A stretch of DNA of 64,000 nucleotides. Origin: Mobula birostris (Eukaryota). The stretch's first letter is position 1. Each line of letters opens with the position of its first letter. Made by a program: the position numbers and the translations under genes. The notes under the pieces were generated by a model. It saw nothing but the letters and a program-made list of their open reading frames with translations. It was not told the origin of the DNA and searched no databases. The stretch spans positions 186,094,638 through 186,158,637 of the forward strand of contig NC_092374.1 of NCBI RefSeq assembly GCF_030028105.1, in the 5' to 3' direction. Below, one piece after another: positions 48,760 through 62,639 of the stretch.

Positions 48760-50690
48760 AGGAGTAGGTCATGGAGGCAGCAGTTAGGGCAGTCGAGTGC
48801 TCCGTTTGCAGGATGTGGGAAGTCAGGGCGAGCACAATCGTCCCTGATGACTACACCTGTAAAAGGTGCATCCAGCTGCAGCTCCTGACAAACCGAGCTG
48901 GGGGACTGGAGCTGGAGCTGGGTGAACTTCGGATCATTTGTGAGGCAGAAGCAGAAATAGACAAGAGTTACAGAGAGATAGTCACCTCTAAGAGTCAGGA
49001 GACAGGTAGCTGGGTGACTGTCAGGAGAGGGAAGGGCAATAGACAGAATGAGCAGAGCACCCCTGTGGCTGTTCCCACTAATAATAAGTACATTGTTTTG
49101 GATACTGTTGGTGGGGACAACCTACCAGGGACAAGTTGCAGTGGCTGCATCTCTGGCACCGAGATTAGATTAGATTATGAGGACACGCAGTCCTCTTTTA
49201 TTGTCTGGACCCTCAGCTCAGAAGGAAAGGAGGGTAAAGAGGAGAGCAGTAGTGATAGGGGATTCGATAGTTGGGGGGACAGATAAGAGATCCTTTGGAA
49301 GAGATAGAGAATCCCGGATGGTCTGTTGCCTCCCTGGTGCCAGAGTCCGCGATATCTCGGATCGAGTTCTCAGTATTCTCAAGAGGGAGGGTGAGCAGCC
49401 AGATGTCGTGGTCCGTGTAGGGACCAGTGACGTGTATAGGAAGAAGGAGGAGGTCCTGCAAAGAGAATTTAGGGAGTTAGGTGCAAATTTGAAGGACAGG
49501 ACCTCCAGGGTTGCAATCTCAGGATTGCTACCCGTGCCATGTGCTAGTGAGGCTAGAAATAGGAAGATAATGCAGCTAAATACGTGGCTAAGGAGTGGGT
49601 GCAGGAGGGAGGGCTTCATGTTTCTGGACGACTGGGCCTTGTTCCAAGGAAGGTGGGACCTATAGACAATAGGTGCAGGAGTAGGCCATTCAGCCCTTTG
49701 AGCCAGCACCACCATTCACTGTGATCATGGCTGATCATCCACTATCAGTATCCAGTTCCTGCCTTATCCCCATAACCTTTGATTCTGCTATCTTTAAGAA
49801 CTCTATGCATCTCTTTCTTGAAAGCATCCAGAGACTTGGCCTCCACAGCCTTCTGGGGCAGAGCATTCCATACATCCACCCCTCTTTGGGTGAAAAAGTT
49901 TTTCCTCAATTCCTGTTCCGAAGGGACGGGTTGCACCTGAACTGAAGGGGGACTAACATCCTTGTGGGAAGGTTTGCTAGTGCTGCTCCGGGGGGTTTAA
50001 ACTAGATTTACAGGGGGAGGGGAACCAGAGTGTTAGAGCAGATAGTGAGGTGGAGGAGGATAAAGGTCATGTGAGAACTGCAAGTATAGTGCATGAAGTA
50101 AAGCCAGATCTAGGATCTAAAGAGGCTTTGAGGAAAGAGAAACAGAATAAACGGTGTAAAGACAGTAAGGTAGAAGGGCTGAAGTGCGTGTACCTCAATG
50201 CAAGAAGCATCAGGAGCAAAGGTGATGAACTGAGAGCTTGGATACATACATGGAATTTTGATGTAGTGGCCATTACAGAGACTTGGCTGGCATCAGGGCA
50301 GGAATGGATTCTCAATATTCCTGGATTTCAGTGTTTTAAAATGGATAGAGAGGGCGGAAAAAGGGGAGGAGGGGTGGCATTACTGGTCAGGGATACTATT
50401 ACAGCTACAGAAAGGCTGGGTAATGTAGCAGGATCCTCTTTTGAGTCAGTATGGGTGGAAGTCAGGAACAGGAAGGGAGCAATTACTCTATTGGAAGTAT
50501 TCGATAGGCCCCCTGGTAGCAGCAGAGATACCGAGGAGCAGATTGGGAGGCAGATGTTGGAAAGGTGCAAAAATAACAGGGTTGTTATCATGGGTGACTT
50601 TAACTTCCCTAATGTTGATTGGCACCTAATTCGTTCCAATGGTTTAGACGGGGTAGAGTTTGTTAAGTGTGTCCAGGATGGATTCCTACG
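48760..50690 (+). mobile_element. CR1 LINE 5' half: ORF1 (zinc finger/leucine zipper + SGNH esterase) and APE; nested tails at about 49163-49210 and 49660-49912
   Basis: VECSVCRMWEV..YTCKRCIQLQLL, VIGDSIV, VCCLPGARVRD, YLNARSI, ITETWL and MGDFNFP. Confidence 0.9.
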
Positions 50691-50694
50691 GATT

Positions 50695-51885
50695 CCTGTC
50701 ACAGTATTGAATTGTTATCTCTTGTTTTAGCTTTACAACATTTTGAAGTGTATGTTGGTTCTACTCAGAAACCACTCACAGTTTATACTGATCACAATCC
50801 ATTAGTGGTTTTGAGTAAGACGAAAAACAAAAATAGAAGATTACTAAATTGGAGTTTAATGTTACAGGTGTACAATATTTTGATCACTCGTATTAAGGGT
50901 AAAGATAATGTGATCGCTGATTGTTTGTCTACATGTTAAATGTACAATGAAAATTTGTTTTTGTTTTGGGGTGATGTTTTCACATTTGTAACAGTCCTAC
51001 TGTACATTAGTTTGTAAAGGGCTGAAAGATAAGTTTGTATATATTGTGTATTTTGTAAATTTTATACCTTTGTATTTTTTTTGTATAAATTGTTAAAATT
51101 TTGTTCTTCAAGAGATCAAAAATTTATTTATTTATTTATTTATTTTGGAGAGAAGTGTTCCATGCTCAAGGAGATCTGGTTTTTTTGTGAGAATGATGTA
51201 ATGGTCTTTTGGAGGTCACCTGATGTGATTTTCCCGCTGATGTGAGGTCACATGATGACATGCACCATGACTAAAAAGGGTCGACTCAGATGACGCAGTA
51301 GGGTTTTTAGTTTGTAAATTTCCAGGTAGAACGTGCTGTATCCCCGTTTCCGTTGCATATTTATTTTTGTGACGCAGTTTCATTTTTAAAACGGAGTGGT
51401 GCGTTCTGTTGCAAGATACCATACTATTGGACTGGACATTTTTGCTAGATGTGTTGATTTACCCAATTCCAACAGTAGAAGGGAGAGTGAAGAATTTATC
51501 GGAGTACAGGATCGAGGGATCGAGACGAGTTGGCATCGTTTGGCAGTTTAACAAAGGATCGACCTTACTGAGTCTTCATTGGCGGAGTAGCAACCTGCAT
51601 TGAGGATAACTCTTGCCAAAAAGAGCAAGGAGTTCATGCAAAAGGTTTGCTCTCTCTAAAAGAATTTAAGGTCAGTTGTTTTAAACTGTTTACTTTCGGC
51701 ATCGTGAATCCTTCAGACAGAACCAGCAGGAAAGTTGCGTCTGTGAAGAAATCCTTCTCCAGAGAAGTCTCTCCCAATTGAATGTGTATATCTGTTGGTC
51801 TTTCGAAGTTATCGCTTTAAAAATTATATTTGACTGTATCGCTGTAAGAACTGTTTTTGCATTTAACGCTTTAAGAACCAGTAAA
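50695..51885 (+). mobile_element. Gypsy LTR retrotransposon 3' end: RNase H, 3' UTR, PPT and partial LTR
   Basis: LALQHFEVYV..LTVYTDHNPL..RLLNWSL..IKGKDNVIADCLS* (stop 50939); PPT ggagagaag 51147-51155 then TG at 51156. Confidence 0.8.
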
Positions 51886-54866
51886 GTAGTAAGGTGAAAA
51901 GTAAAAGTGGCAGGCAGGCAAATCCAGGGCAAAAATCAAAAAGGGCCACTTTTCAACATAATTTTATAAGGGCTAAGAGAGTTGTAAAAGCAAGCCTAAA
52001 GGCTTTGTGTGTCAATGCAAGGAGCATTCGTAACAAGGTGGATGAATTGAATGTGCAGATAGTTATTAATGATTATGATATAGTTCTGATCACAGAGACA
52101 TGGCTCCAGGGTGACCAAGGATGGGAGCTCAACGTTCAGGGATATTCAATATTCAGGAGGGATAGACATGAAAGAAAAGGAGGTGGGGTAGCGTTGCTGG
52201 TTAAAGATGAGATTAACGCAATAGAAAGGAAGGACATAAGCCGGGAAGATGTGGAATCGATATGGGTAGAGCTGCATAACACTAAGGGGCAGAAAACGCT
52301 GGTGGGAGTTGTGTACAGGTGATGTTGGGCATGGCATTAAACAGGAAATTAGAAATGTGTGCAATAAAGGAACAGCTGTTATAATGGGTGACTTCAATCT
52401 ACATATAGATTGGGTCAACCAAATTGGTAAGGGTGCTGAGGAAGAGGATTTCTCGGAATGTATGCGGGATGGTTTTCTGAACCAACATGTCGAGGAACCA
52501 ACTAGAGAGCAGGCCATTCTAGACTGGGTATTGAGCAATGGGGAAGGGTTAATTAGCAATCTTGTCATGCGGGGCCCCTTGGGTAAGAGTGACCATAATA
52601 TGGTGGAATTCTTCATTCAGATGGAGAGTGACATAGTTAATTCAGAAACAAAGGTTCTGAACTTAAAGAAGGGTAACTTTGAAGGTACGAGACGTGAATT
52701 AGCTAAGATAGACTGGCAAATGATACTTAAAGGGTTGACAGTGGATATGCAATGGGAAGCATTTAAAGTTCGCATGGATGAATTACAACAATTGTTCATC
52801 CCAGTTTGGCAAAAGAATAAACCAGGGAAGGTAGTGCACCCGTGGCTGACCAGGGAAATTAGGGATAGTATCAATTCAAAAGAAGAAACATACAAATTAG
52901 CCAGAAAAAGCGGCACACCTGAGGACCGGGAGAAATTCTGAGTCCAGCAGAGGAGGACAAAGGGCTTAATTAGGAAAGGGAAAAAAGATTATGAGAGAAA
53001 GCTGGCAGGGAACATAAAAACTGACTGTAAAAGCTTTTACAGATATGTGAAAAGAAAAAGATTGGTTAAGACAAATGTAGGACCCTTACAGTCAGAAACA
53101 GGTGAATTGATCATGGGGAACAAGGACATGGCAGACCAGTTGAATAACTACTTTGGTTCTGTCTTCACTAAGGAGGACATAAATAATCTTCTGGAAATAG
53201 TAGGGGACAGAGGGTCTAGTGAGATGGAGGAACTGAGGGAAATACATGTTAGTAGGGAAGTGGTGTTAGGTAAATTGAAGGGATTGAAGGCAGATAAATC
53301 CCCAGGGCTGGATGGTCTGCATCCCAGAGTGGTTAAGGAAGTAGCCCAAGAAATAGTGGATGCATTAGTGATAATTTTTCAAAACTCTTTAGATTCTGAT
53401 TAGTTCCTGAGGATTGGAGGGTGGCTAATGTAACCCCGCTTTTTAAAAAAGGAGTGAGAGAGAAAACGGGGAATTAGACTGGTTAGCCTGACATCGGTGG
53501 GGAAAATGCTAGAGTCAGTTATCAAAGATGTGATAACAGCGCATTTGGAAAGCAGTGAAATCATCGGACAAAGCATGGATTTGTGAAAGGAAAATCATGT
53601 CTGACGAATCTCATAGAATTTTTTGAGGATGCAGCTAGTAGAGTGGACAGGGGAAAACCAGTGGATGTGGTATATTTAGATTTTCAAAAGGCTTTTGACA
53701 AGGTCCCACACAGGAGATTAGTGTGCAAACTTAAAGCACACGGTATTGGGGGTATGGTATTGATGTGGATAGAGAATTGGTTGGGAGACAGGAAGCAAAG
53801 AATGGGAATAAGCGGGACCTTTTCAGAATGGCGGGCAGTGACCAGTGGGGTACCGCAAGACTCAGTGCTGGGACCCCAGTTGTTTACAATATCTATTAAT
53901 GACTTAGACGAGGGAATTAAATGCAGCATCTCCAAGTTTGCAGATGACACGAAGCTGGGCGGCAGTGTTAGCTGTGAGGAGGATGCTAAGAGGATGCAGG
54001 GTGACTTGGATAGGTTGGGTGAGTGGGCAAATTCATGGCAGATGCAATTTAATGTGGATAAATGTGAGGTTATCCACTTTGGTGGCAAGAACAGGAAAAC
54101 AGATTATTATCTAAATGGTGGCCGATTAGGAAAAGGGGAGGTGCAACGAGACCTGGGTGTCATTATACACCAGTCATTGAAAGTGAGCATGCAGGTACAG
54201 CAGGCGGTGAAAAAGGCGAATGGTATGCTGGCATTCATAGCAAGAGGTTTCGAGTACAGGAGCAGGGAGGTACTACTGCAGTTGTACAAGGCCTTGGTGA
54301 GACTACACCTGGAGTATTGTGTGCAGTTTTGGTCCCCTAATCTGAGGACAGACATTCTTGCCATAGAGGGAGTACAATGAAGGTTCACCAGGTTGATTCC
54401 TGGGATGGCAGGAATTTGATATGATGAAAGACTGGATCGACTAGGATTACAGTCTCTGGAATTTTGAAGATTGAGGGGGGATCTTATTGAAACGTATAAA
54501 ATTCTAAAGGGATTGGACAGGCTAGATGCGGGAAGATTGTTCCCGATGTTGGGGAAGTCCAGAACGAGGGGTCACAGTTTGAGGATAAAGGCGAAGCCTT
54601 TTAGGACCGAGATGAGGAAAAACTTCTTCACACAGAGAGTGGTGAATCTGTGGAATTCTCTGCCACAGGAAACAGTTGAGGCCAGTCCATTGGCTATATT
54701 TAAGAGGGAGTTAGATATGGCCCTTGTGGCTACGGGGATCAGGGGGTATGGAGGTAAGGCAGGTACAGGGTTCTGAGTTGGATGATCAGCCATGATCATA
54801 CTGAATGGTGGTGCAGGCTCGAAGGGCCGAATGGACTACTCCTGCACCTATTTTCTATGTTTCTAT
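51886..54866 (+). mobile_element. Young CR1 LINE, near-complete ORF2 with several disruptions
   Basis: ORFs 51894, 52309, 53047, 53583 and 54471 cover APE to RT C-terminus; tail ttttctatgtttctatg. Confidence 0.95.
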
Positions 54867-55371
54867 GTTTTACGCAGGGGTTCCTTGATACGTGAAAGTT
54901 ATTTTACGGGTTCCTCCAGGGCTAAAAGTTTGAGAAAGGCTGCTGTACATCATCAAGCTGATTTAAAAGTACATTGCTTAGAGGGAAATTACAGGCTACA
55001 GATTGCAGTGAAAGTAATTTTAAAGAGGTATATTTTGAGGTATTGTCTGCATATTGCTGAGAGGGTTTGCCACAGGGAACTCTGCACTTCCACCCAGTTC
55101 CAGGTTTTGGGGAAGTACCTCCTCAATTATTGTAGCGGTATATCGCAGGAGGGTGATATAAAGCAGTGGAATTCATTGCCACAGGCAGCTGTGGAGGTCA
55201 TGTTTTATGTATATTTATGGCAGAGGTTGATAGATTCTTGATTGATCAGGCAAGGAGGGATACAGGGAGACGGCAAGAGATTGGGGCTGAGAGGAAAATT
55301 GGATCAGCCATGATGAAATGGTGGAGAAGACTTGACGGGCCAGATAGCCTAATTCTGCTGCTATATCTTAT

Positions 55372-58300
55372 AGAAACATAGAAAATAGTGCAGGAGTAGG
55401 CCATTCGGCCCTTCGAGCCTGCATCGCCATTTATTATGATCATGGCTGATCATACAACTCAGAACCCTGTACCTGCCTTCCCTCCATACCCCCTGATCCC
55501 CGTAGCCACAAGGGCCATATCTAACTCCCTCTTAAATATAGCCAATGAACCGGCCTCAACTGTTTCCTGTGGCAGAGAATTCCACAGATTCACCACTCTC
55601 TGTGTCAAGAAGTTTTTCCTAATCTCAGTCCTAAAAGGCTACCCCTTTATCCTCAAACTGTGACCCCTCGTTCTGGACTTCCCCAACATTGGGAACAATC
55701 TTCCTGCATCTAGCCTGTCCAATCCCTTCAGGATTTTATACGTTTCAATCAGATCCCCCCTCAATCTTCTAAATTCCAATGAGTACAAGCCTAGTTCATC
55801 CAGTCTTTCTTCATATGAAAGTCCTGCCATCCCAGGAATCAATCTGGTGAACCTTCTTTGTACTCCCTCTATGGCAAGGATGTCTTTCTTCAGATTAGGG
55901 GACCAAAACTGCACACAATACTCCAGGTGTGGTCTCACCAAGGCCTTGTACAACTGCAGTAGTACCTCCCTGCTCCTGTACTCGAATCCTCTCACTATAA
56001 ATGCCAGCATACCATTCGCCTTTTTCACCGCCTGCTGTACCTGCATGCCCACTTTCAATGACTGGTGTATAATGACACCCAGGTCTCATTGCACCTCCCC
56101 TTTTCCTAATTGGCCACCATTCAGATAATAATCTGTTTTCCTATTTTTGCCACCAAAGTGGATAACTTCACATTTATCCACATTAAATTACATCTGCCAT
56201 GAATTTGCCCACTCACCCAACATATCCAAGTCACCCTGCATCCTCTTAGCATCCTCTTCACAGCTAACACTGCCGCCCAGCTTCGTGTCATCCGCAAACT
56301 TGGAGATGCTGCATTTAATTCCCTCATCCAAGTCATTAATATATATTGTAAACAACTGGGGTCCCAGCACTGAGCCTTGCGGTACCCCACTAGTCACTGC
56401 CTGCCATTCTGAAAAGGTCCCGTTTATTCCCACTCTTTGCTTCCTGTCTGCTAACCAATTCTCTATCCACATCAATACCTTACCCCAAATACCGTGTGCT
56501 TTAGGTTTGCACACTAATCTCCTGTGTAGGACCTTGTCAAAAGCCTTTTGAAAATCCAAATATACCACATCCACTGGTTCTCCCCTATCCACTCTACTAG
56601 TTACATCCTCAAAAAAATTCTATGAAATTCGTCAGACATGATTTTCCTTTCACAAATCCATGCTGACTTTGTCCGATGATTTCACCGCTTTCCAAATGTG
56701 CTGTTATCACATCTTTGATAACTGACTCCAGCAGTTTCCCCACCACCGACATTAGGCTAACCGGTCTATAATTCCCCGGTTTCTCTCTCTCTCCTTTTTT
56801 AAAAAGTGGGGTTACATTAGCCACCCTCCAATCCTCAAGAACTAGTTCAGAATCTAATGAGTTTTGAAAAATTATCAGTAATGCATCCACTATTTCTTGG
56901 GCTATTTCCTTAAGCACTCTGGGATGCAGACCATCTGGCCCTGGGGATTTATCTGCCTTTAATCCCTTCAATTTACCTAACACCACTTCCCTACTAACAT
57001 GTATTTCGCTCAGTTCCTCCATCTCACTGGACCCTCTGTCCCCTACTATTTCTGGAAGATTATTTATGTCCTCCTTAGTGAAGACAGAACCAAAGTAATT
57101 ATTCAATTGGTCTGCCATGTCCTTGCTCCCCATAATCAATTCACCTGTTTCTGTCTGCAGGGGACCTACATTTGTCTTTACCAGTCTTTTCCTTTTTACA
57201 TATCTATAAAAGCTTTTACAGTCAGTTTTTATGTTCCCTGCCAGTTTTCTCTCATAATCTTTTTTCCCCTTCCTAATTAAGCCCCTTGTCCTCCTCTGCT
57301 GAACTCTGAATTTCTCCCAGTCCTCAGATGAGCCACTTTTTCTGGCTAATTTGTATGCTTCTTCTTTGGAATTGATACTATCCCTAATTTCCCTGGTCAG
57401 CCATGGGTGCACTACCTTCCTTGATTTATTCTTTTGCCAAACTGGGATGAACAATTGTTGTAGTTCATCCATGCAATCTTTAAATGCTTGCCATTGCATA
57501 TCCACCGTCAATCCTTTAAGTGTCATTTGCCAGTCTATCTTAGCTAATTCACGACTCATACCTTCAAAGTTACCCCTCTTTAAGTTCAGAACCTTTGTTT
57601 CTGAATTAACTATGTCACTCTCCATCTTAATGAAGAATTCCACCATATTATGGTCACTTACCCAAGGGGCCTCTCACGACAAGATTGCTAATTAACCCTT
57701 CCTCATTGCTCAAAACCCAGTCCAGAATAGCCTGCTCTCTAGTTGGTTCCTCGACATGTTGGTTCAAAAAACCATCCCGCATACATTCCAAGAAATCCTC
57801 TTCCTCAGCACATTTACCAATTTGGTTCACCCAATCTACATGTAGATTGAGGTCACCCATTATAACTGCTGTTCCTTTATTGCACACATTTCTAATTTCC
57901 TGTTTAATACCATGTCCGACCACACTACTACTGTTAGGTGGCCTGTACACAACTCCCACCAGCGTTTTCTGCCCTTAGTGTTATGCAGCTCTACCCATAT
58001 CGATTCCACATCTTCCCGGCTTATGTCTTCCTTTCTATTGCGTTAATCTCTTCTTTAACCGGCAACGCCAACCCACCTCCTTTTCTTTCATGTCTATCCC
58101 TCCTGAATATTGAATATCCCTGAACGTTGAGCTCCCATCCTTGGTCACCCTGGAGCCATGTCTCTGTGATCCCAACTATATCATAATCATTAATAACTAT
58201 CTGCACTTTCAATTCATCCACCTTGTTACGAATGCTCCTTGCATTGACACACAAAGCCTTCAGGCGCTCTTTTACAACTCTCTTAGCCCTTATACAATTA

Positions 58301-58980
58301 TGTTGAAAAGTGGCCCTTTTTGATGCTTGCCCTGGATTTGTCGGCCTGCCACTTTTACTTTTCTCCTTACTACTTTTTGCTTCTACCCTCACTTTACACC
58401 CCTCTGTCTCTCTGCACTGGTTCCCATCCCCCTGTTGTGAACTAACCTCCTATCGCCTAGCCTCTTTAATTTGATTCCCTCCCCCCAACCATTCTAGTTT
58501 AAAGTCACCTCAGTAGCCCTAGGTAATCTCCCTGCCAGGATATTGGTCCCCCTAGGATTCAAGTGTAACCCATCCTTTTTTTCAGGTCATGCCTGCGTCA
58601 AAAGAGGTCCCAATGATCCAAAAACTTGAATCCCTGCCTCCTGCTCCAATCCTTCAGCCACACATTTATCCTCCACCTCATCGCATTCCTACTCTCGCTG
58701 TCGCGTGGCACAGGCAGTAATCCCGAGATTACTAACTTTGCGGTCCTTTTTCTCAACTCCCTTCCTAGCTCCCTATATTCTCCTTTCAGGACCTCTTCCC
58801 TTTTCCTACCTATGTCATTGGTACCTATATGTACCACGACCTCTGGCTCCTCACCCTCCCACTTCAGGATATCTTGAACACGATCAGAAATATCCCGGAC
58901 CCTGGCACCAGGGAGGCAAACTGCCATCCGGGTCTCTGGACTGCTTCCACAGAATCGCCTATTTGACCCCCTTACTATGT
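55372..58980 (-). mobile_element. Young CR1 LINE, end of ORF1 plus near-complete ORF2 with frameshifts
   Basis: Minus ORFs 58598, 58021, 57654, 56609 (345 aa), 56188 and 55639; highly similar to the 51886-54866 copy. Confidence 0.95.
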
Positions 58981-59149
58981 TCGAGTTAAGTCAAGTTCAT
59001 AGGATCCATCGGGTTTTCATGGCAAGGTACGTGAGTAGATTGCCAGGCCTTTCTTCCGCACAGATACCGCTGCTGCCCAGGATTGAACTCAGGACCGTCT
59101 GCCTTGAAGTCGAGTGCTGATGTCACTACACCCCCGGCTAGACTATTTT

Positions 59150-61870
59150 AATATTTAATATTTAAAATACTGTATTGTACTGTACTGAAGACTGAAGTGC
59201 AGTCACATAAAAAGACCTACCCATGGGCTCGGCTGAGGGCGAATCCGGTTGGTCCCCAGCACGACCTCTTCACCCTGTCCAGATAGTGCGATTTGCAGTC
59301 CTTGCCCGCACTGACTGAGAACTACCTCTAGTAGGAGCCGAATAGGTTGCTGTAATCAGAGAACTGGATGCGAGTTGCGCTGGATCTGGCAGAGCAATCG
59401 TGAGCGGACTGACCACAGGGCTGGGGGACATCAGAACTCAACCTGATGGACGTTGAGATGTTTCTTCCAACCCTCTCTTATTGTCCAAGGCCCGATTACA
59501 GAGAAGGGTGTTGAATCCCAACGAGAACAGTCTAGCTACCAGTCTCTGAGGGATGATCTCGTTAAGCGCCGAGCCGAAGTCGATGAACAACATCCTGGCA
59601 TCGCTTTCGAGGTGGGACAGGACGGACTGGGCTGCGGCAATGCCATCATCAGTGGAACGGTTTGAGTGGTAGGTGAACTGGGAAGGGCCCAATGTCGCTG
59701 AAAGGTGGGATTTCATACGATCCATTACCAGCTGCTCAAAGCACTTCATGATCTATCGTTGAGCGCAGGGTGGACTTGTAATCAGTAATGGTTTATAAAC
59801 CTTGCCCCATGCGCTGCCTGTCCCTGGTGTCACAACGGTGTCCATGGATTTTCTGTGCGTACTCACACTTTGGCCATCCTGATATCACGGGTCTTGCTGA
59901 CCTTACGTTGTCCAGTCTCCCGATCTAAAGGCAGCGCCCCGATCCCCAAGCAGTGCACGGACCTCCCTCTGCAGTCAGAGATGGTATCTGGTTTGCCCTG
60001 GCATTACCCGTTTGATCCCAGTAAAGTCCTTAATGCACTTTCCCGTGTAGCCAGTCACCGATCCCGCATATTCAATGCCGATGTGATGATCGTAGGTAGC
60101 CGTATTCCTGGATATGTTGCAGACCGTATTTTCGAAGCAACTGTGCAGCGCCTTCTGGCCAAGTCCTGATCTCCCTGCGAATGGATTTGACTCCTAACCA
60201 GTGCTCTGTATGCGGGGATTAGCAAAAGAGATTGTGGTTTGCGTATGCGAGGTGATGGTGGGATATGACCTTCACGAGCATTTGTGTAAACACGTCGAAT
60301 ATATTACAAACAGAAAATCTGCAGATGCTGGAAACCAAAGTAATAAGCACAAAATGCTGGAGGAACTTGGCAAGCCAGGCAGTATCAACGGAAAAGAGTA
60401 ACCAGTCAACTTTTCGGGCCTCGACCCTTCATAAAGACTGATATCTTCTCTCCCTGGTTGCGAAGCTGACATGTTTGTAGAACCATTGCAGGACTGTCAA
60501 CTTCTTACTCGGACTCCATCTTTTTTTTCCCTCCAGCCCCAATGAAACGTCGAATGTGCTCATTTCTATAGATGCTGCCTGGCCTTCTGAGTTATTCCGT
60601 CCAGCATTGTGTGTATTGCTTGGGTTTCCAGCGTTAGCAGATTTTCTCCTGTCTGTTTTGAAGTTGAAACGATTGAAGTCCCCAGCAACACCACAGGGTG
60701 ACTGGCCTCGAGGTTGCAGATTGCACCGCAAAGCTCCTGCAACGCTTCCCCAGCAGCAGCACTGGGGAGGAGGGGGGAGTAATAATCCCAATGGCTGGGA
60801 ACTCCCTTTGAAGTATAAAGGGCCTACATGCACTATTAAAGTAGAGCTACTAGGACTTGATGTTTCAATCCCTATGGTAAATCGGCACTCTCGATGTTGG
60901 CAGTGGGTTTGGAGTGGTGACAAGGAGGGAGGGTAGGTACATCATCGGGGTCATCAGGTGGGCACCCTCCTTCTTTGACGTTTTGTTGATAAGCCCACGA
61001 CGTCTCCAGAGGGCTCAGCAGTGCTACTTGGCGTCCCAGATACATCCCCCTCAGTTCCGTACCCTCCTGTCTTCATCTTGCAACCCAGTTGTTGTCTTTC
61101 CTTTTAATCCAAATCCAATTGTTGCTTTCTTCTGCTGCATTTGACAAGGACTTGATTGCTTGTTGGAGGAATAGACTGGTCGTAGATGTAGCAACGAATC
61201 CCCTGCATCCCACTTCTACAGGGAAAATCTTGGTCTTCCAGCCATTCTGGGCAGCTTCAGTTGCCAGTTCAGAGTAGTTGGTCTTTTTCCTCTCATAAGC
61301 TTCTTCGACACCAACTTCCCATGGTACTGTCAATTCCACAACATATGCCAGCTTGGCTGTTGTAGACCACAGGACCATGTCTGGCCGGAGTGTTGTAGAC
61401 TGATGAGCAGGTTCGCTATTACTACCGAGAGACGTTCACACACCATTTCTTCTTGAGGTAGACACATAGACCGCATCCACAGGCTTTACCGGAGTTCGCA
61501 GTATTTCTGTGCACTCGATAACAGGTTAGGCCTTCTAGCTGAATGGCCGAGTCTGGAATAGTGTCTTGCAGCCACGTTTGCAGCCGTCCCTCATCTCCCA
61601 CCGGTTCAGACGCAGGCACAGGTCAGCTCTGTCAGTTGGTGATCTGCCAGCGGCGCTCGGTGTCCATTTCCGTGTGTGTGCCTGGAAAAATCCCATAGAT
61701 CACGCAGCTGCTGAGGATGATCCGTGTGACACAGGCCCTTGCACCTTTCTCCACAACACTTTCGCAAACACAGAGGTGAGCAAAAGTCTAGTCCCCTCTG
61801 CGTCATCACACGGCCACAATTCTGAAATGTAGTATTTCGAAGTGTCGTCTTTGTGAAATGTGCTGTACCT
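59150..61870 (-). mobile_element. Fragmented Rex1/Babar LINE, interrupted by Penelope-like tails (about 60300-60650) and a HERO fragment
   Basis: MKCFEQLV..QFTYHSNRSTDD..RMLFIDF (RT) and LQDTIPDSAIQLEG..SGKACGCGLCVY (APE). Confidence 0.75.
61060..61400 (-). mobile_element. HERO-type (restriction-like endonuclease) non-LTR element 3' fragment
   Basis: TTLRPDMVLWS..VVELTVPWE...EAYERK..Y.EL...GW...FPVEVGCRGF. Confidence 0.85.
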
Positions 61871-62639
61871 GCCAAGGAAACTCATCTTTGAACCCACCTC
61901 TTGGAAAGTTTATGAGGTGTTGTCGATTTTACTGTTATTGGCCACACCCAGGTTCCGGAACATAGTCCCCAGCTCTGTCAGCACCTCTGCATCACCAGCA
62001 GGGGGTGTACGGCACCAACCTCATCAACGGCAAGCAGACATCCCCTGTAGAGAAACACACAAAATGGGTGGTTCTCTGATCTTGGCAATTTATTTGCAAA
62101 CGTTTCGTCACTATATGCGGATATATCATTAGTGCGCTGTTAACTTGTGGTGTGTCCTTCTTCTGACTTTTAATGGCAGTTGGCAATCCAATTTAAGGTT
62201 CATTACAGCCACCAACGGGACTGGATTGTGATGTGGAGATTTGGGAAATAAAACCCAACTAGTTCTTTATCAACTGAAAACTAAATGACCCCAAAATGCC
62301 CTATAGATTGTAAATAATGAAAGTCAATATTGTGAATTGAATTAAAAATCACTTCCATAACTTAATAAAGTTTTTAGATAAAAACAGTCAACCCCCAAAG
62401 CTAGAAACGCAGCCTGCACTTGCTTTCTTTCAACCTTGTTTGTAAAAGAATGTGTTCAATTGTTGTTTCATAATGGTGATAAAACCTACACACCCCTCTG
62501 AAGGGTCTTGGCCTGAAATAGCGACTGTACTCTTTTCCATAGATGCTGCCTGGCCTGCTGAGTTCCTCCAGCGTGTTGTGTGTGCTGCACCACAGAGTGC
62601 TGTTTCCAACAAGATAAAAGGAATAATTAAGTATTGTAT

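Noticed and set aside
56609-57646. Longest ORF (345 aa) as a host gene
   Set aside because: It is CR1 ORF2 between APE and RT, homologous to other copies in the window.
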